Notes under the pieces: model-generated
What the model was told of the DNA's origin: nothing
Database searches by the model: none
The model's input: only the letters and a program-made list of their open reading frames with translations
Assembly: GCA_013202895.1 (NCBI GenBank)
Contig: JABMPR010000293.1
Coordinates: 1 to 15,567 of the forward strand
DNA: 15,567 nucleotides
Reading direction: 5' to 3'
Source of the DNA: a bacterium
Lineage (GTDB): Bacteria; Fidelibacterota; UBA8477; JABMPR01
Shown here: positions 14,291 to 15,567 of the stretch, piece after piece
How the letters are laid out: every line of letters starts with the position of its first letter
Position numbering within the stretch: position 1 is the first letter of the stretch
Position numbers and translations under genes: made by a program

Positions 14291-15567
14291 TGAAACTGGC
14301 TAAAGTAATATATCGGCTCTCTGGCATCCAGAAAATCGCTGGTGATCTTGACTGTGAGATTACCGAAATGACACATGATTCCAGGGATGTTGGATCAAAC
14401 ACTCTATTCATTGCCATGCGTGGGCTTGTATCGGATGGACACGAATTTATTGATAAAGCACTTGAAGCTGGAGCCAAAGCAATTGTTTTTGATCGTTCGG
14501 AAATAATTCTCCCTGGGAATATAGTCTCGATCCTGGTCAACGATTCTCGCCTGGCACTTCCAGTTCTTGCTGCCAATTTCTATGAGCATCCGGAATCTGA
14601 TTTGAATCTAATTGGAATTACCGGGACCAATGGCAAAACCACCTGCAATTATTTCATCCAACATTTATTATCCGCGGGCCAACTGAAGACAGGCAGGATC
14701 GGCACTACAGGGGCTGCATTGGATTCACTTGAGATAGATCTGATACACACAACTCCGGAATCTATCGATCTTTATTCAATCCTTAACACATTTGCAAAAG
14801 CGAATGCAAAAGTTGTAACGCTTGAGGTGTCCTCGCACGCTCTTGCACAACATCGGGTGGATGGTCTGGTTTTCAAAACGGCCATTTTCACAAACCTCAC
14901 TCAAGATCATCTCGATTATCACAATACTTTCGATGATTATCTGGAAGCAAAGCAGCTGCTCTTCACCGGGCTCCCCTCACATGCAATTGCCATAATCAAT
15001 TCAGATGACCCAGCAGCTGAGAAAATCATTTCACAAAGTAACGCTCGGGTCGTTCGCTATGGATATGGACCTAAAGCAAATTACCGCATCACAAAAAGCA
15101 TCTTAAATGATCGTGGCATTGAACTGCATATACAAACGCCTAATGAAGCATTTGTTGTCCAGGTTAATACTATTGGCAAGTACAACACCTATAATTTTCT
15201 AGCTGTCTTCACTGTCGCCCTGGAAATGGGTTGTGAAAGCGGTCTTATTGTCAAAGCATCCGAAAGTCTGCCAGCAGTTCCTGGTCGTCTGGAAAAGATG
15301 GTTAATACAGCACCCTTTAAAGTTTTCATCGATTATGCCCACACACCAGATGCCATGCAAACTGTCCTGGAAACCTTAGGTGAAGCCTACCCGTCGAATC
15401 GGATTATAACAGTTTTTGGCTGTGGTGGGGATCGTGATAAAGGGAAACGTCCAATAATGGGTGAGATTGCCACCAGGTTATCAACCTTTTGCATTATTAC
15501 TGATGATAATCCCAGATCAGAGTCACCCATGGATATCATAAAAGAGATAGAATCCGGCTGCGGGTCC
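14290..15567 (+). CDS. murE: UDP-N-acetylmuramoyl-L-alanyl-D-glutamate--2,6-diaminopimelate ligase MurE (3' end truncated by window)
   Basis: It is absent from the ORF track because no stop codon falls inside the window. The ATG at 14290 overlaps the ftsI stop (TGATG), and the frame stays open for 426 codons to 15567. My own translation gives MKLAKVIYRLSGIQKIAGDLDCEITEMTHDSRDVGSNTLFIAMRGLVSDGHEFIDKA. The P-loop GITGTNGKTT lies at 14614-14643, and a DNPR motif at 15505-15516 is typical of meso-DAP-adding MurE. Confidence 0.95.
   Translation, partial: MKLAKVIYRLSGIQKIAGDLDCEITEMTHDSRDVGSNTLFIAMRGLVSDGHEFIDKALEAGAKAIVFDRSEIILPGNIVSILVNDSRLALPVLAANFYEHPESDLNLIGITGTNGKTTCNYFIQHLLSAGQLKTGRIGTTGAALDSLEIDLIHTTPESIDLYSILNTFAKANAKVVTLEVSSHALAQHRVDGLVFKTAIFTNLTQDHLDYHNTFDDYLEAKQLLFTGLPSHAIAIINSDDPAAEKIISQSNARVVRYGYGPKANYRITKSILNDRGIELHIQTPNEAFVVQVNTIGKYNTYNFLAVFTVALEMGCESGLIVKASESLPAVPGRLEKMVNTAPFKVFIDYAHTPDAMQTVLETLGEAYPSNRIITVFGCGGDRDKGKRPIMGEIATRLSTFCIITDDNPRSESPMDIIKEIESGCGS

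Noticed and set aside
11020-14589. Track ORFs 11020-11241(+), 13033-13257(-), 14217-14576(-) and 14404-14589(-) inside mraZ/rsmH, ftsI and murE
   Set aside because: These are shadow ORFs overlapping highly conserved dcw genes. The 14217-14589 ones appear in the track only because murE, having no stop codon in the window, was not listed.
1-15567. Search for CRISPR arrays, IS/transposon ends, integrases, tRNA/rRNA genes and long repeats
   Set aside because: I found no repeat-spacer periodicity, no terminal inverted repeats flanking a transposase-like ORF, no tRNA-like T-arm (GGTTCGAATCC-type) and no rRNA-like stretch. The window looks like syntenic core chromosome.

Overview
All 13 supported genes lie on the + strand with short gaps or overlapping stop/start codons, and all have cell-envelope functions. 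In order they are: a PpiD-like periplasmic chaperone followed by a clear rho-independent terminator; a small membrane-anchored CXXCH haem-binding-domain protein; a PomA/MotA-type stator A subunit; two tandem, divergent MotB/OmpA-type B subunits; a roughly 1,300-aa C25 (gingipain/PorU-like) cysteine peptidase with a T9SS/FlgD-Ig-type C-terminal domain; Maf; and a RodZ-like HTH membrane protein. A 441-bp non-coding region follows, and then the start of a canonical dcw cluster (mraZ-rsmH-ftsL-ftsI-murE, with murE running off the 3' end). I see no tRNA/rRNA genes, CRISPR arrays, transposases, integrases or obvious composition shift, so this looks like core chromosome rather than an island. The T9SS-type C-terminal domain hints at an FCB-superphylum-like organism, but that is inference only. 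The least ordinary part is the haem_bd-motA-motB-motB' block next to the giant secreted C25 peptidase: one A subunit, two complete B subunits that both keep the channel Asp, and no flagellar gene in the window. However, the A subunit keeps the rotor-interacting Arg/Glu pair, so an ordinary flagellar stator with its partners encoded elsewhere remains the null hypothesis. A tandem 18-bp GTGGG-type repeat upstream of mraZ is a good candidate MraZ operator. Nothing here can be shown from sequence alone to be a new system, and the hypotheses are marked as such.
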